DNA of 64,000 nt from Candidatus Uhrbacteria bacterium (GTDB lineage Bacteria; Patescibacteriota; Patescibacteriia; UBA9934; GWF2-40-263): NCBI GenBank assembly GCA_023246355.1, contig JAHFIQ010000001.1:222234-286233 (forward strand). Reading direction: 5' to 3'. Numbering within the stretch: the stretch's first letter is position 1; each line of letters begins with the position of its first letter. Of this stretch, positions 16,937-26,697 are shown in pieces. The notes beneath the pieces were generated by a model. That model did not search any database, was not told the origin of the DNA, and saw only the letters and a list, made by a program, of their open reading frames with translations. The position numbers and the translations under genes are program-made.

Positions 16937-17941
16937 ATGTACGACGTCATAACCATCGGCGCGGCCACACGAGACGTTTTTCTCGTGTCTGACAAATTCA
17001 TCGCACTCAAATCACGCAAGTTTGGAACAGGTGCGGGAGAATGCGTGGCGCTTGGATCAAAAATTGACATTGACGAGCTTGTGCTGACAACTGGTGGCGG
17101 CGCAACCAATGCGGCGGCCACGTTTGCTCACTTAGGATTTCGTACCGCTACCATTTGTCGCATCGGTGATGACTCCCCTGGCAAAGACGTGGTTGAGGAC
17201 CTGACCGCCCAGGGAGTCAGCACACATTTGGTGCGCATGATGAGAGGCGGCGAGACGGCGTACTCAACGCTTCTCACCATGAAAGATGGTGAGCGCACGG
17301 CTCTCGTGCATCGGGGAACAAGCTCTTCATTCACACAGGCCGATATTCCTGTATCGATCTTTGAACAGACACGTTGGATCTATCTCACTTCCCTGGGAGG
17401 AAATCTTCCGCTCGTACGAAAGATCGCCACAGCCGCGCAAAAGGCCAATGTAAAAATTGCGTGGAACCCAGGTGGAGCTGAACTCAAAGGTGGATTTGCA
17501 AGCATCGAAACACTGCTTCCGATGATTTCAGTTCTGATCATGAACCGCGAGGAAGCAATGCTTCTCACAAAAAAATCCGGCCTAAAGGCCGGATCCGGCT
17601 CCGCCGGAAAGGACCTCACAAAAATCTTTGAATTACTCCACACAGATGGGGCTGTGCATCTGGTCACCGACGGTACCAACGGATCAACGGTGTATCGCGA
17701 CGGCTGGATGGCCCATGCGGGAACCAGTGGAGTGAACGGCATTTCTCGCACCGGAGCTGGTGACGCATTTGGATCTGGATTTGTCGCCGGACTCATCAAA
17801 ACGGAAGATCTCAAAGAAGCCCTGCGTGTGGGCACACTGAACGCCGAGTCTGTCATTCAACAATTCGGCGCAAAAAAAGGTATTTTGAAATCCTGGCCAG
17901 GACAACTTAAAAAACAACGGATCAAGATTTCGGTTTTATGA
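16937..17941 (+). CDS. PfkB-family sugar kinase (second copy)
   Basis: TGAGDAFGSG motif; start at MYDVITIG. Confidence 0.75.
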   Translation: MYDVITIGAATRDVFLVSDKFIALKSRKFGTGAGECVALGSKIDIDELVLTTGGGATNAAATFAHLGFRTATICRIGDDSPGKDVVEDLTAQGVSTHLVRMMRGGETAYSTLLTMKDGERTALVHRGTSSSFTQADIPVSIFEQTRWIYLTSLGGNLPLVRKIATAAQKANVKIAWNPGGAELKGGFASIETLLPMISVLIMNREEAMLLTKKSGLKAGSGSAGKDLTKIFELLHTDGAVHLVTDGTNGSTVYRDGWMAHAGTSGVNGISRTGAGDAFGSGFVAGLIKTEDLKEALRVGTLNAESVIQQFGAKKGILKSWPGQLKKQRIKISVL

Positions 17942-18924
17942 GACATCACGTTTTCGTGACGCGGAAAATTCCAGACGAAGGGCTCAAGATGCTCAAAGCC
18001 GATAAGCGCATCGCGCTTTCTGTCTATCAAAAAAACCAAGTCATTCCACGCGCTGAACTTTTGCGTCGTGTGAAAGGGATGAACATCATCCTTTCGATCC
18101 TCACCGAAAAAATCGATGCAGCGGTCATGGACGCAGCTGGACCATCCCTGAAGATGATCGCCAACTACGCGGTTGGGTTTGATAACATCGATCTTGCCGA
18201 AGCAAAAAAACGAGGTATCGCCGTCACCAATGCGGCTCATCCGTGTGTCTCTGAATCTGTGGCTGAGCACACCATCGCTTTGTTGTTTGCCTTGGCTCAC
18301 AGGATCGTAGAAGCAGATCACTTCACGCGGTCAGGTCAGTACAAGGGCTGGGAGCCTGAGCTTCTGCTCGGAGGTGACCTCATGGGCAAAACACTCGGCC
18401 TCATCGGCACAGGTAATATCGGCACCATGGTTGCGCGCCGACTCTCAGGAGGATTTGGCATCAAGATTCTCTACACGGACGTGAAACGCAATCCTGCATT
18501 TGAAAAAGCATTCGGTGCAAAATTTAAAAGCAAGGAAGCGCTCCTGCGCGAATCTGATTTTGTGTCCCTGCATGTCCCGCTACTTCCCGCAACGCAACAC
18601 CTGATGAATCATGCCGCGTTTGGACTCATGAAATCGTCTGCCTTCTTGATCAACACGGCGCGTGGTCCTATCGTTGATTCTGCCGCCCTCGTAGATGCCT
18701 TGAAGAAAAAACAAATTGCTGGCGCCGCTCTTGACGTCTTCGAAGGCGAGCCTACATTTGCTCTCAAAAAAAGTGATGCGACGTTTCTTCAGCATGCCTG
18801 GAACGTCATTCTCACCCCACACACGGCCTCGGCCACGGTTGAAACACGACAAGCCATGAGTCGTACAGCCGCTGAAAATATCTTGGCGTTTGTAAGAGGC
18901 AAACGACCACCGAATCAAATTTAA
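17938..18924 (+). CDS. D-isomer-specific 2-hydroxyacid dehydrogenase (glyoxylate/hydroxypyruvate reductase-like)
   Basis: GLIGTGNIGTMVARRL NAD-binding motif and catalytic-domain pattern. Confidence 0.8.
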   Translation: MRHHVFVTRKIPDEGLKMLKADKRIALSVYQKNQVIPRAELLRRVKGMNIILSILTEKIDAAVMDAAGPSLKMIANYAVGFDNIDLAEAKKRGIAVTNAAHPCVSESVAEHTIALLFALAHRIVEADHFTRSGQYKGWEPELLLGGDLMGKTLGLIGTGNIGTMVARRLSGGFGIKILYTDVKRNPAFEKAFGAKFKSKEALLRESDFVSLHVPLLPATQHLMNHAAFGLMKSSAFLINTARGPIVDSAALVDALKKKQIAGAALDVFEGEPTFALKKSDATFLQHAWNVILTPHTASATVETRQAMSRTAAENILAFVRGKRPPNQI

Positions 18925-18959
18925 AAGCGACGAACCTTCGTTCATCGCTGAGATGCCGC

Positions 18960-20363
18960 CTATTGTGGGTGGCGTTTTTCGTATTCACTCTGACGTGCAC
19001 GCGCTTCGTCTGCCAACTTTGGCCAGACCTGCTTCTCGATCTGCGCGCGAAACGCTTCGTCGAAAAGAACCTTGTAGATCCACTCGTACTTCAGCAGATA
19101 CAGCCGCGTTTCCTCGGGCAACTCCACACAGGCCTTTCCTGTGGAAGCCTGATCCGGGCTCCTCTGTGCACAGGAAGCAGCGCAGTCGTTCTCCCTCCAA
19201 CGCTCTTTGCATTCGTGGATCACACGGTGGACCGTCGCCACGTTCGCGTTGTACCCGGCGGCCAGGACGAGCTGACGTTCCCATACATTGTTTACGATGT
19301 AGGTCCGATGGGCGTCTTCATCTTTGCCAGCGAAGGTCCAGAGCTCTGCGTCCGCGTGACAGATCATCGCCTTGATCGAGGTGTGATGATCTGTGCGACC
19401 GTCCACGGAATTTTCGGGAAGGTCTGCACGGGGATACTGCTCACGAATGGCCTTGTAAGGACCACCGACAATCTGACCGATCCCACGCGCATCTGCGAAG
19501 GACTTGGTGTACTGGTAGCTGCGCCAGCGGTTGAGGCTCAGAGTCACCAGGGCGCGATCGAGCATTTCGAGTCGATCGGCATCCGTGCCTTCCACAAACC
19601 ACTTGTCCGAGTACATCTGCTCGGTCAAGATGAGCGCGATCACGTGGTCGGGTGTGCCGAAATCGGTCACGTAGCGGTTGGCGATGAACTGACTGCGTAC
19701 ATCCTTTGCGCGCAGCTCGTAGAACGCGGCCAAAACCGCATCGCGTAGATACTCCACGCCAGCCGTCCGAAGCTCGGGGTCGTTGAGCCTGGTCGAATAG
19801 GGAATGTAGACCGCTGGACTGATTCCGTCAGGACCATTCGTGTCGTAAACCGCGGTTCGAATCGCGACCACTGTCCAGCCCGGAGGCGAGAAGACATTGA
19901 ATGGCGGATTGACTCCACCATTGCAGGCGCCGTCACGCTCGCATCTGACCGTGAAGCCTTCCTGCGACGGTTTGCCGCCATAGACTTCGATGAGTTGCAT
20001 CTTCCCCTGTTCATTGGAAGCCGCCAGAAGGTAGTCTCCCAGACAGCGCTTCCATCCTTCCTGTGAGTCGCTTTTGGGCACACACTTCTCTTGCGAGAGA
20101 TGCGAGGAGGAGACGAGCTTCACTCCATAGCGGATCACCTCCACAAGATCTTGTGGCACGTCCGGCAAACGCGGAGGCCCTGGAGGGACGAACGCTCTGT
20201 GACCGTCGATCTGCACCGCGACCACAGGGGGCGGCGCCGCGAAAGGGTCGATCACGTCGACAGACTGCTGTGCTGGATTGCAGGCTCGCAGCAGCAGCGG
20301 CAGCAACAACATGAGGGCAAGCAGCATCGCAACCGCTTTGAGCGGATGATACTTGGTAAGCAC
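18960..20363 (-). CDS. high-GC secreted lipoprotein, hypothetical (possible lytic-transglycosylase-like)
   Basis: Lipobox LLRAC; about 63% GC; own TTGACA-17-TATCTT promoter. GIGQIVGGPY only weakly resembles the SLT motif. Confidence 0.45.
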   Translation of the reverse strand: MLTKYHPLKAVAMLLALMLLLPLLLRACNPAQQSVDVIDPFAAPPPVVAVQIDGHRAFVPPGPPRLPDVPQDLVEVIRYGVKLVSSSHLSQEKCVPKSDSQEGWKRCLGDYLLAASNEQGKMQLIEVYGGKPSQEGFTVRCERDGACNGGVNPPFNVFSPPGWTVVAIRTAVYDTNGPDGISPAVYIPYSTRLNDPELRTAGVEYLRDAVLAAFYELRAKDVRSQFIANRYVTDFGTPDHVIALILTEQMYSDKWFVEGTDADRLEMLDRALVTLSLNRWRSYQYTKSFADARGIGQIVGGPYKAIREQYPRADLPENSVDGRTDHHTSIKAMICHADAELWTFAGKDEDAHRTYIVNNVWERQLVLAAGYNANVATVHRVIHECKERWRENDCAASCAQRSPDQASTGKACVELPEETRLYLLKYEWIYKVLFDEAFRAQIEKQVWPKLADEARARQSEYEKRHPQ

Positions 20364-20402
20364 GGGGCCTCCCGTTCGTGAGGGACATCCTCAGAACTGA
20401 AA

Positions 20403-20431
20403 AAAGATACAGGAAACTTGCGGTTTTGTCA
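20403..20431 (-). promoter_or_regulatory. sigma70-like promoter (TTGACA-17nt-TATCTT)
   Basis: The -35/-17/-10 architecture is near-identical to the DGR target promoter, including AAAACCG..TTTCCTG in the spacer. Confidence 0.55.
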
Positions 20432-20499
20432 AACGATCCGATTGACACAGGCCCAGAGCATTGATACGATTCCGCCGTCCAAAAGTCACACAGGCTGAT

Positions 20500-20575
20500 G
20501 GGCCAATAGCTCAGTTGGTAGAGCATCGCCTTTGCAAGGCGGGGGTCTGGGGTTCGAATCCCCATTGGTCCACCA
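20500..20575 (+). tRNA. tRNA-Ala (anticodon TGC)
   Basis: Cloverleaf with a G3:U70 pair, anticodon loop cTTTGCAAg, encoded CCA. Confidence 0.85.
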
Positions 20576-20608
20576 TCCTGTGTGGTTTTTTGTTATGATA
20601 CGTAACGT

Positions 20609-21907
20609 ATGCGTTTATTGATTCTCTTGTTTGTCCTCATTCCAACCCAGATCGCCTTGGCTTCCCATCCCCAAACGGTCACCATCAAATCGTTTGACGG
20701 AACGATTGAATTTGCATTTCCTGTGAGTGACGACGTAGGTGGAGTGAGTTTGGCGCTTGCAGATCTTGGAACAGATGGTGTCTCTGAAATTATTGTCGGA
20801 GCAGGACTGGGGTCTGAACCTCGTGTCACCGTGCTGAGGCAAGACGGTTCACAGGTCGGATCTTTCCTGGCTTATGCATCGACCTTGGGGGTGGGCATCA
20901 ACGTCATCGCCTGTGATCTAACTGGAGATGGTGTGAACGAAATTGTCACATCACCACAGCGAGGAGGCGGCCCACACATTCGTGTCTGGAGCGCGATGGG
21001 AGACGCGATCGACCAGGGAGGATTTTTTGCCTACGAAGAATCATTCCGAGCGGGAGTGAATCTCGCCTGCGGTGATCTCACTGGAAATGGAGTGGCTGAG
21101 CTTGTCACACTTCCTGGTCCAGGTGGTGGTCCACATGTTCGTGTGTGGAGTTGGAGCGCACAGGGGATGCAGATGACACAAAATTTTTTTGCGTTTCATG
21201 AAAGCGATCGCACAGGACTTGTAGGAGTGGTAAATGACGGAACACTTCTTGTGAGTGAGCAACACACACAAACTCCCACGATCAAAAAAATAGTTATCCA
21301 CAGTTCCCCAGAAACAATTCAGGAAGAACTTTTTCCGATTGAAGCACTCGGCGTCTCATCTGTGACCGTCTTCAATCACCATCTGCTTGTGTCCACAACC
21401 AACGACGGTCTCCTCTTCGACCTCACAGAGAATACCTCACAGTCGCTTGATGACTCACCGAATAATCTCATCCTTGCAAACGATGGAACACACATGATCT
21501 ACAGCCGAGGGAGAAATTATTTTTCATCTTCAACAGATCCACAGAGCATCGTTGTCGATATTTCTGAACAACGTTTATACGCGTGGGAAGAAGGTGTTTT
21601 ACAAAACAGTTTTCTTATCTCAAGCGGAAAAAATAACGCCACTCCGCTTGGAAATCATTCAATTTTAGCCAAACTTCCACTCGTGCACTACGCCTGGTTC
21701 TATGGATCCGGCAGTCCCCTGAACTACGACTTGGGCTGGGTTCCCTACAACCTGCGCTTCTATCCGCACATCTACATTCACTACGCACCGTGGCACAATA
21801 ATTTTGGTCACCCAATGAGTCACGGGTGCGTGAACGTCTCACTCGAAGACATGAAGTGGATTTACGATTGGGCGGATGTTGGAGTACCCGTGAGTATCAT
21901 GGAGTAA
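20609..21907 (+). CDS. FG-GAP/VCBS-repeat protein with C-terminal L,D-transpeptidase (YkuD) domain
   Basis: Repeated DLTGDGV..GGGPHIRVW units; C-terminal catalytic SHGCVN motif; signal peptide. Confidence 0.7.
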   Translation: MRLLILLFVLIPTQIALASHPQTVTIKSFDGTIEFAFPVSDDVGGVSLALADLGTDGVSEIIVGAGLGSEPRVTVLRQDGSQVGSFLAYASTLGVGINVIACDLTGDGVNEIVTSPQRGGGPHIRVWSAMGDAIDQGGFFAYEESFRAGVNLACGDLTGNGVAELVTLPGPGGGPHVRVWSWSAQGMQMTQNFFAFHESDRTGLVGVVNDGTLLVSEQHTQTPTIKKIVIHSSPETIQEELFPIEALGVSSVTVFNHHLLVSTTNDGLLFDLTENTSQSLDDSPNNLILANDGTHMIYSRGRNYFSSSTDPQSIVVDISEQRLYAWEEGVLQNSFLISSGKNNATPLGNHSILAKLPLVHYAWFYGSGSPLNYDLGWVPYNLRFYPHIYIHYAPWHNNFGHPMSHGCVNVSLEDMKWIYDWADVGVPVSIME

Positions 21908-22214
21908 ATAAAAAAATGTGACGCACCTCATTCACCGTTTTCAAACTCACCTTTTTTTCTACACGTGAACTCTCATTTTTTTTTGAAAAGTTTTTTTACA
22001 TCCACATTCCTCTTGTTGCAAAAAAAAATATACTCTACAATACATCTATCGCTCGAAGCAGCGCGTCCTGCGTCGACGACAAACTGCACGTCTCTTAATT
22101 TGTGTGCAGTGCTCGATCGAGCACATTAACATCTCGTTCACCTCACGGAGGAACAATGTGTTCTGACTTGAATCGCTCTGTCGATTCATGGAGGTGATTC
22201 AGAACAACAATATT

Positions 22215-22292
22215 ATGGCAGCAAAAAAGAAGGCCAAGAAAGCAGCGCCAAAGAAGCGCAAGGCCGCAAAGAAATCCAAGAAGCGCTCGTAG
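22215..22292 (+). CDS. small lysine/alanine-rich basic peptide (25 aa, MAAKKKAKKAAPKKRKAAKKSKKRS)
   Basis: Followed by a strong terminator; the start is uncertain (an in-frame upstream ATG would give 34 aa). Confidence 0.3.
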   Translation: MAAKKKAKKAAPKKRKAAKKSKKRS

Positions 22293-22304
22293 TAGTCAAA
22301 CATG

Positions 22305-22345
22305 AAACACTCTCCAGGACGCGCCGGAGAGTGTTTTTTAGTGGC
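22305..22345 (+). terminator. rho-independent terminator
   Basis: CACTCTCC-aggacgcgcc-GGAGAGTG followed by TTTTTT. Confidence 0.6.
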
Positions 22346-22460
22346 TACAAAAACTTCACCTGCTGCGTTGCGGGTCCCGACCATCGCCGCGCAGTAGCGC
22401 TGCTACAGCTTTGGCGAATGGCCACCCGCGCCTTGCATCTGAAGCTTTTGTAGCCACTAA
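22338..22460. repeat. about 120-bp element bounded by a 22-bp inverted repeat (TTTTAGTGGCTACAAAAACTTC / GAAGCTTTTGTAGCCACTAAAA) enclosing a GC-rich core
   Basis: 21 of 22 positions complementary. Sits between convergent genes; possibly a MITE, structured ncRNA or bidirectional terminator. Confidence 0.4.
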
Positions 22461-23734
22461 AATAAAGTCTTTTGATTTTTTATAGAGCCATCTTCATCAA
22501 GGACCCTCACTTTTCCGTAGATTCCATCGTATCCAGGCTTGATCATTAACCGACCATCCCGGACGCGACCGATCGCCTCAGCAAGCATGGGTACATGTGA
22601 AAACGATTCGATCTGCGTGAGAGGCGTTTCAAGAAGCAAGGTAAACTCATTAGCCAAACCCTCTGTGAGACGCAGATATTCCTCTTCGACTTTTTTCGAA
22701 GCCACAGAACTCACGCCGTAGCACTCAGCAAGAATTTCGGCGAGTGGGACGATCGACTTGAACGGAATCTTGCGGCTGCTAACCGTTGTCGGATCGCGAT
22801 CAGCCAACGCTTCCACACGATGATGAACACCGAGGGTAAGAAAACGCTTACACGAAGGACAGCGCTCCCCCAACCGTTTTGATTCTTTTGGATCGCATGA
22901 AAATGCGCAGGCCGCACAACCGTCAAAATGATACTTCCCTTCTTCTGGAAAAAATTCAATCGTATATTTGAAACGTGACGCGTCTTGTTTTTTGAGGACA
23001 TCGATAAAGTCGTCATACGTCGGCGGCGTATCAAACTCGAACACATTTGCCTCACGGCCTAATTTTCGTGGAGAATGCGCATCCGAATTTGAAATCATCA
23101 CAACCGCATCAAGCTGCGAGAGCTGCCAATTCATCGCTGGATCTGACGAAAGTCCTGTCTCGATCGCGTAGATGTACGAACTCATCTCACCAAAGCATTC
23201 GTGAATCGCATCAAACCCTGACTTGCTCCCAAAGATGGCATACCACGGCGTCCAGGCATGAGCCGGAATCATGATGATCCGCTCGTCGATATCTTTTAAA
23301 AGCTTGTACAAATCCTCTGAATCAATTCCCAAAATCGGCCGACCGTCAGACTTCAGATTGAATCCACGCTTCGTGAGTTCGTTGTTCACCTTCTCACACG
23401 TCTCAAGCGACGGCGAAAAAACAAGATTGTGTACTCTGCGAGTCTTATCACCTTTTTTGTAAATCTGGCTCACCTCGGTCACGAGCATGAACTCAGTGTT
23501 CTCCCCCCTTGCCAAGGGGGGATCAAGGGGGGTCTTAAGCTGATAAATCCCTTGCCTTTCCTCAATGAGATTCTCTCGTACATGTTTGAACCATTCCGGA
23601 TGCGTCCAATCACCCGTGGCAACAATATCGATGCCTTTTCGCACACACCAGCTCGCGATCGAGGGCAATACCAAATCTTTCGAACAGGCTCGAGAATATT
23701 TGGAGTGAATATGCCAGTCGACAATGGTACGCAT
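22457..23734 (-). CDS. PHP-domain metal-dependent phosphoesterase with Cys4 zinc ribbon (EndoQ/TIGR00375-like)
   Basis: N-terminal VDWHIHSKYS PHP motif; CAACAFSCD...CPSCKR zinc ribbon. Confidence 0.55.
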   Translation of the reverse strand: MRTIVDWHIHSKYSRACSKDLVLPSIASWCVRKGIDIVATGDWTHPEWFKHVRENLIEERQGIYQLKTPLDPPLARGENTEFMLVTEVSQIYKKGDKTRRVHNLVFSPSLETCEKVNNELTKRGFNLKSDGRPILGIDSEDLYKLLKDIDERIIMIPAHAWTPWYAIFGSKSGFDAIHECFGEMSSYIYAIETGLSSDPAMNWQLSQLDAVVMISNSDAHSPRKLGREANVFEFDTPPTYDDFIDVLKKQDASRFKYTIEFFPEEGKYHFDGCAACAFSCDPKESKRLGERCPSCKRFLTLGVHHRVEALADRDPTTVSSRKIPFKSIVPLAEILAECYGVSSVASKKVEEEYLRLTEGLANEFTLLLETPLTQIESFSHVPMLAEAIGRVRDGRLMIKPGYDGIYGKVRVLDEDGSIKNQKTLF

Positions 23735-23737
23735 ACC

Positions 23738-24016
23738 TTACGAACGATAAATCTCACGTCTGTGTCCCACAGCAGCAATAACGATTTTTTGATTTTTTTG
23801 ATCCACAACTACCACGACTCGATAATCACCAACACGAAACCGAGCATCACCAATCGCAGGTGGTCGAAGACGAACGGCGTGTATGAGCGCCTCAGGTTGA
23901 TTGGCAAACCAACCCAATTTTTTGATGATGCGTTGAGCGATCGTACGATCAAGAGCTTCAAGATCTGCCAGCGCGTGTGAGCTCCACTCAAATACGTACG
24001 CCATACCTCTTGGCAA
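23738..24016 (-). CDS. ParE/RelE-family toxin
   Basis: FRVGDYRVVVVVDQKNQKIVIAAVGHRREIY is the ParE/RelE signature. Confidence 0.65.
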   Translation of the reverse strand: MPRGMAYVFEWSSHALADLEALDRTIAQRIIKKLGWFANQPEALIHAVRLRPPAIGDARFRVGDYRVVVVVDQKNQKIVIAAVGHRREIYRS

Positions 24017-24278
24017 CCACAGAAAACGGTACCGTCTTTGCTGCTTTCATTTCACGACGAGCTTCCTTCACACGCGTCTTAAATGAAGAGCTGGAAAACG
24101 CTTGGATATCCTCAAGCAGATCTCCGAGCTCTTCGTTGGAAAAGAAAAACCCGACCGTTTTACTTCCACGCACCACACGCGTAATGCCACGCAACGCTCT
24201 CGATGGATTTTTTTGGATGTCCCGAATGGAGGCGACGCTTTCTTGAGCCAAAACGTTGAGCTTGTCGGTCATAGTCAT
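23988..24278 (-). CDS. Phd/YefM-like antitoxin
   Basis: Upstream of the toxin and overlapping it by 29 nt; 96 aa. Confidence 0.5.
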   Translation of the reverse strand: MTMTDKLNVLAQESVASIRDIQKNPSRALRGITRVVRGSKTVGFFFSNEELGDLLEDIQAFSSSSFKTRVKEARREMKAAKTVPFSVVAKRYGVRI

Positions 24279-24343
24279 TACGTTAAAAGTTACATACTCA
24301 TCATAATCCTCTCACTCGCCATGGTCAACAACACTCATACAGT

Positions 24344-24691
24344 ATGATACGATGTTCACCTATGAATCTTTCGGATTATCAAATCTTCGCAAAAACCACA
24401 GCCCTTTATCCAAACGCTGGTCAAAATCTCTACTACCCCGCTCTAGGCCTCGGGGGTGAAACTGGCGAGGTGCTCAATAAGGTCAAAAAGGTCATGCGGG
24501 ATCACGGAGGAACAGTCACAGACGAATACCGCGCGATCCTCAGAAGCGAGCTTGGCGATGTCTTATGGTATGTTGCGGCTCTTGCACGAGAGCTGAACCT
24601 CGACCTGGATGATATCGCACAGGCAAACCTCGACAAGCTGCTTTCACGCAAAGAGCGTGGGACACTCGGTGGAGACGGCGACACCCGCTAA
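24344..24691 (+). CDS. MazG-like nucleotide pyrophosphohydrolase (small all-alpha NTP-PPase)
   Basis: GLGGETGEVLNKV and ELGDVLWYVAALA motifs; the start may be at 24362. Confidence 0.6.
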   Translation: MIRCSPMNLSDYQIFAKTTALYPNAGQNLYYPALGLGGETGEVLNKVKKVMRDHGGTVTDEYRAILRSELGDVLWYVAALARELNLDLDDIAQANLDKLLSRKERGTLGGDGDTR

Positions 24692-25248
24692 TCGTTGCCT
24701 AAAATAAACTTCATAATCTCATCGTGGTCGACAGCATCAAAATTTGTCGTGTCCACGATTTTTGTTTTGCCTGAGAGCGGCAAGGGAAGAAATGATTTGT
24801 TGAACCACTTAGTTTCAAATTCTTGAAGCACGTCCTCAAGGGCGTCATTATGACCTGGATGACGATGCGTGTTGGCTCGTTCAATAAATCGATCGCGTAG
24901 GACATCTTGATCCGCGATTAAGTGAACCTGGATGAACTGCACCCCATGCGCTTTCTCAAACCGTTCAAACCATTCCAGATCTGCCCAGTGAATGAATGGG
25001 TTATCGACGATCACAGACTCCCCGCGTTTCAAATACATCTCAACCACTCCCATGAACAAGGGAAAGGCGAGAGCTCCAAGCTCGCGCGACCACTCCCGAT
25101 CACGATATTCAATTACATCAAACAAATGCTCTTTGAGCAGGTCCTTGGACACGCGACGAAATCCCGTCGCCTCCACTACACGATCAGCCAGGACACTTTT
25201 TCCCGTGGCTGGCGCACCGCCAATAATGATGAGCTTAGGAACTGACAT
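24688..25248 (-). CDS. P-loop NTPase (AAA_33/zeta-toxin-like kinase fold)
   Basis: Walker A IIIGGAPATGKS; start chosen at MSVPKL. Confidence 0.55.
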   Translation of the reverse strand: MSVPKLIIIGGAPATGKSVLADRVVEATGFRRVSKDLLKEHLFDVIEYRDREWSRELGALAFPLFMGVVEMYLKRGESVIVDNPFIHWADLEWFERFEKAHGVQFIQVHLIADQDVLRDRFIERANTHRHPGHNDALEDVLQEFETKWFNKSFLPLPLSGKTKIVDTTNFDAVDHDEIMKFILGND

Positions 25249-25993
25249 GACGTTTGAGAAGCACGGCTTCAGCAATCTCGCGTTCCTCTTGCGTGTTAAT
25301 ACCCACGGCCTCCTCAGGCGGAATGCTCATGCTGGCGATTTCATGGCCTTGGGCAACCGCAAGCTCGATGAGATCGGTCAAATAATATTCGCGCTTGGCG
25401 TTCAAATTTTTCACTTGCCCGATATTTTCCCAAAGCCACTTCGTCTCAAAACAGAAAAAACACGGGTTCACTTCACGAATCTCTCGCTCAGATTCCATGG
25501 CATCTTTGTACTCACGAGAACCAATCATATGACCATGGACGTCTCGCAAAATACGTCCCCAATGGAGATAGGCACTGTACCATCCATCAAATGAAGGAAC
25601 GGTTGTCGTCATCATGGTGAGCACACGTTTCTCCCGTTCATGAAGCAGGGCGAGATCACGCAGAGTTCGTGCGGAAACAAACGGGTGATCGCCATAGAGC
25701 ACAATGATGGCGTCTGCGTCATTCACGACATCACGGCACACTTTCACGGCGTGAGCGGTTCCCAACTGTTCTTCTTGCACGACATACTCACACACCCCGC
25801 CAAACTGGGAACAAAGCTGTTCGCGTTCATGCCCAACCACGATCACGGGAACGCCGTCTACACCAGAGGCCTGCACGGACTCGTACAGGTGCTGCAAAAT
25901 AGGCTTCCCGCCAATAGGCGTGAGCGTCTTGGGGAGCTCAGACTTCATGCGTGTCCCCTTCCCAGCGGCCAAAATGATGAATCGAAAGGTCAT
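25235..25993 (-). CDS. sugar-phosphate nucleotidyltransferase (GlmU N-terminal-domain-like)
   Basis: ILAAGKGTRM motif with LGTAHAV. Confidence 0.65.
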   Translation of the reverse strand: MTFRFIILAAGKGTRMKSELPKTLTPIGGKPILQHLYESVQASGVDGVPVIVVGHEREQLCSQFGGVCEYVVQEEQLGTAHAVKVCRDVVNDADAIIVLYGDHPFVSARTLRDLALLHEREKRVLTMMTTTVPSFDGWYSAYLHWGRILRDVHGHMIGSREYKDAMESEREIREVNPCFFCFETKWLWENIGQVKNLNAKREYYLTDLIELAVAQGHEIASMSIPPEEAVGINTQEEREIAEAVLLKRHVSS

Positions 25994-26171
25994 AGCGTCC
26001 GTATTCTAACAGCGGGTCATTTTTTTACAATATCGACAGCAAAATCCCCCCGATCAGCCCCACGATCACACCAAACCCAAATATAAAAACCGTTTTAAAC
26101 AGCTGACAGAGGTAGCAAGATTGTTTTTCTTGATCCATACCCAGACATTGTAACAAATCAAAAAGACTCCT

Positions 26172-26286
26172 TTGTCCTGGCGCCTACCTACTCTCGCGCA
26201 ATCGCACTACCATTGGCCCAAGAGAGCTTAACGGCCGTGTTCGAGATGGGAACGGGTGTGGCCTCTCAAGGAAGTGGCACCAAGAC
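26172..26286 (-). rRNA. rrf: 5S rRNA
   Basis: Reverse complement contains ..CCCGTTCCCATCTCGAACACGG..GCGAGAGTAGGTAGGCGCCAGG. Confidence 0.8.
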
Positions 26287-26623
26287 AAAGGAGTCTTTCT
26301 TTTTTTGTAGAAGAGATATTTCTCGCTTGAGACGAATCAAACGTAGAAATGGTTGTAGAGCTCGACCTATTAGTACTGCTCCGCTGAACGTCTTACGACG
26401 CTTACACGTACAGCCTATCAACCTCATAGTCTCTGAGGGGTCTCAAATGAAAACTAATCTTGGGAACGGCTTCGCACTTAGATGCTTTCAGCGCTTATCC
26501 GTACCGAACGTAGCTACCCGGCATTGCCCTTGGCAGGACAACCGGTACACGAGAGGTTCGTTCATTCCGGTCCTCTCGTACTAGGAATGAATTCCCTCAA
26601 TTTTCGATGCCCACGGCAGATAG

Positions 26624-26656
<33 letters not shown>

Positions 26657-26665
26657 ACTCACGTA

Positions 26666-26697
<32 letters not shown>

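Noticed and set aside
20011-20565. 184-aa minus-strand ORF overlapping tRNA-Ala and the 18960 gene
   Set aside because: It overlaps a tRNA and a better-supported CDS, and has Arg/Ala-rich shadow-frame composition.
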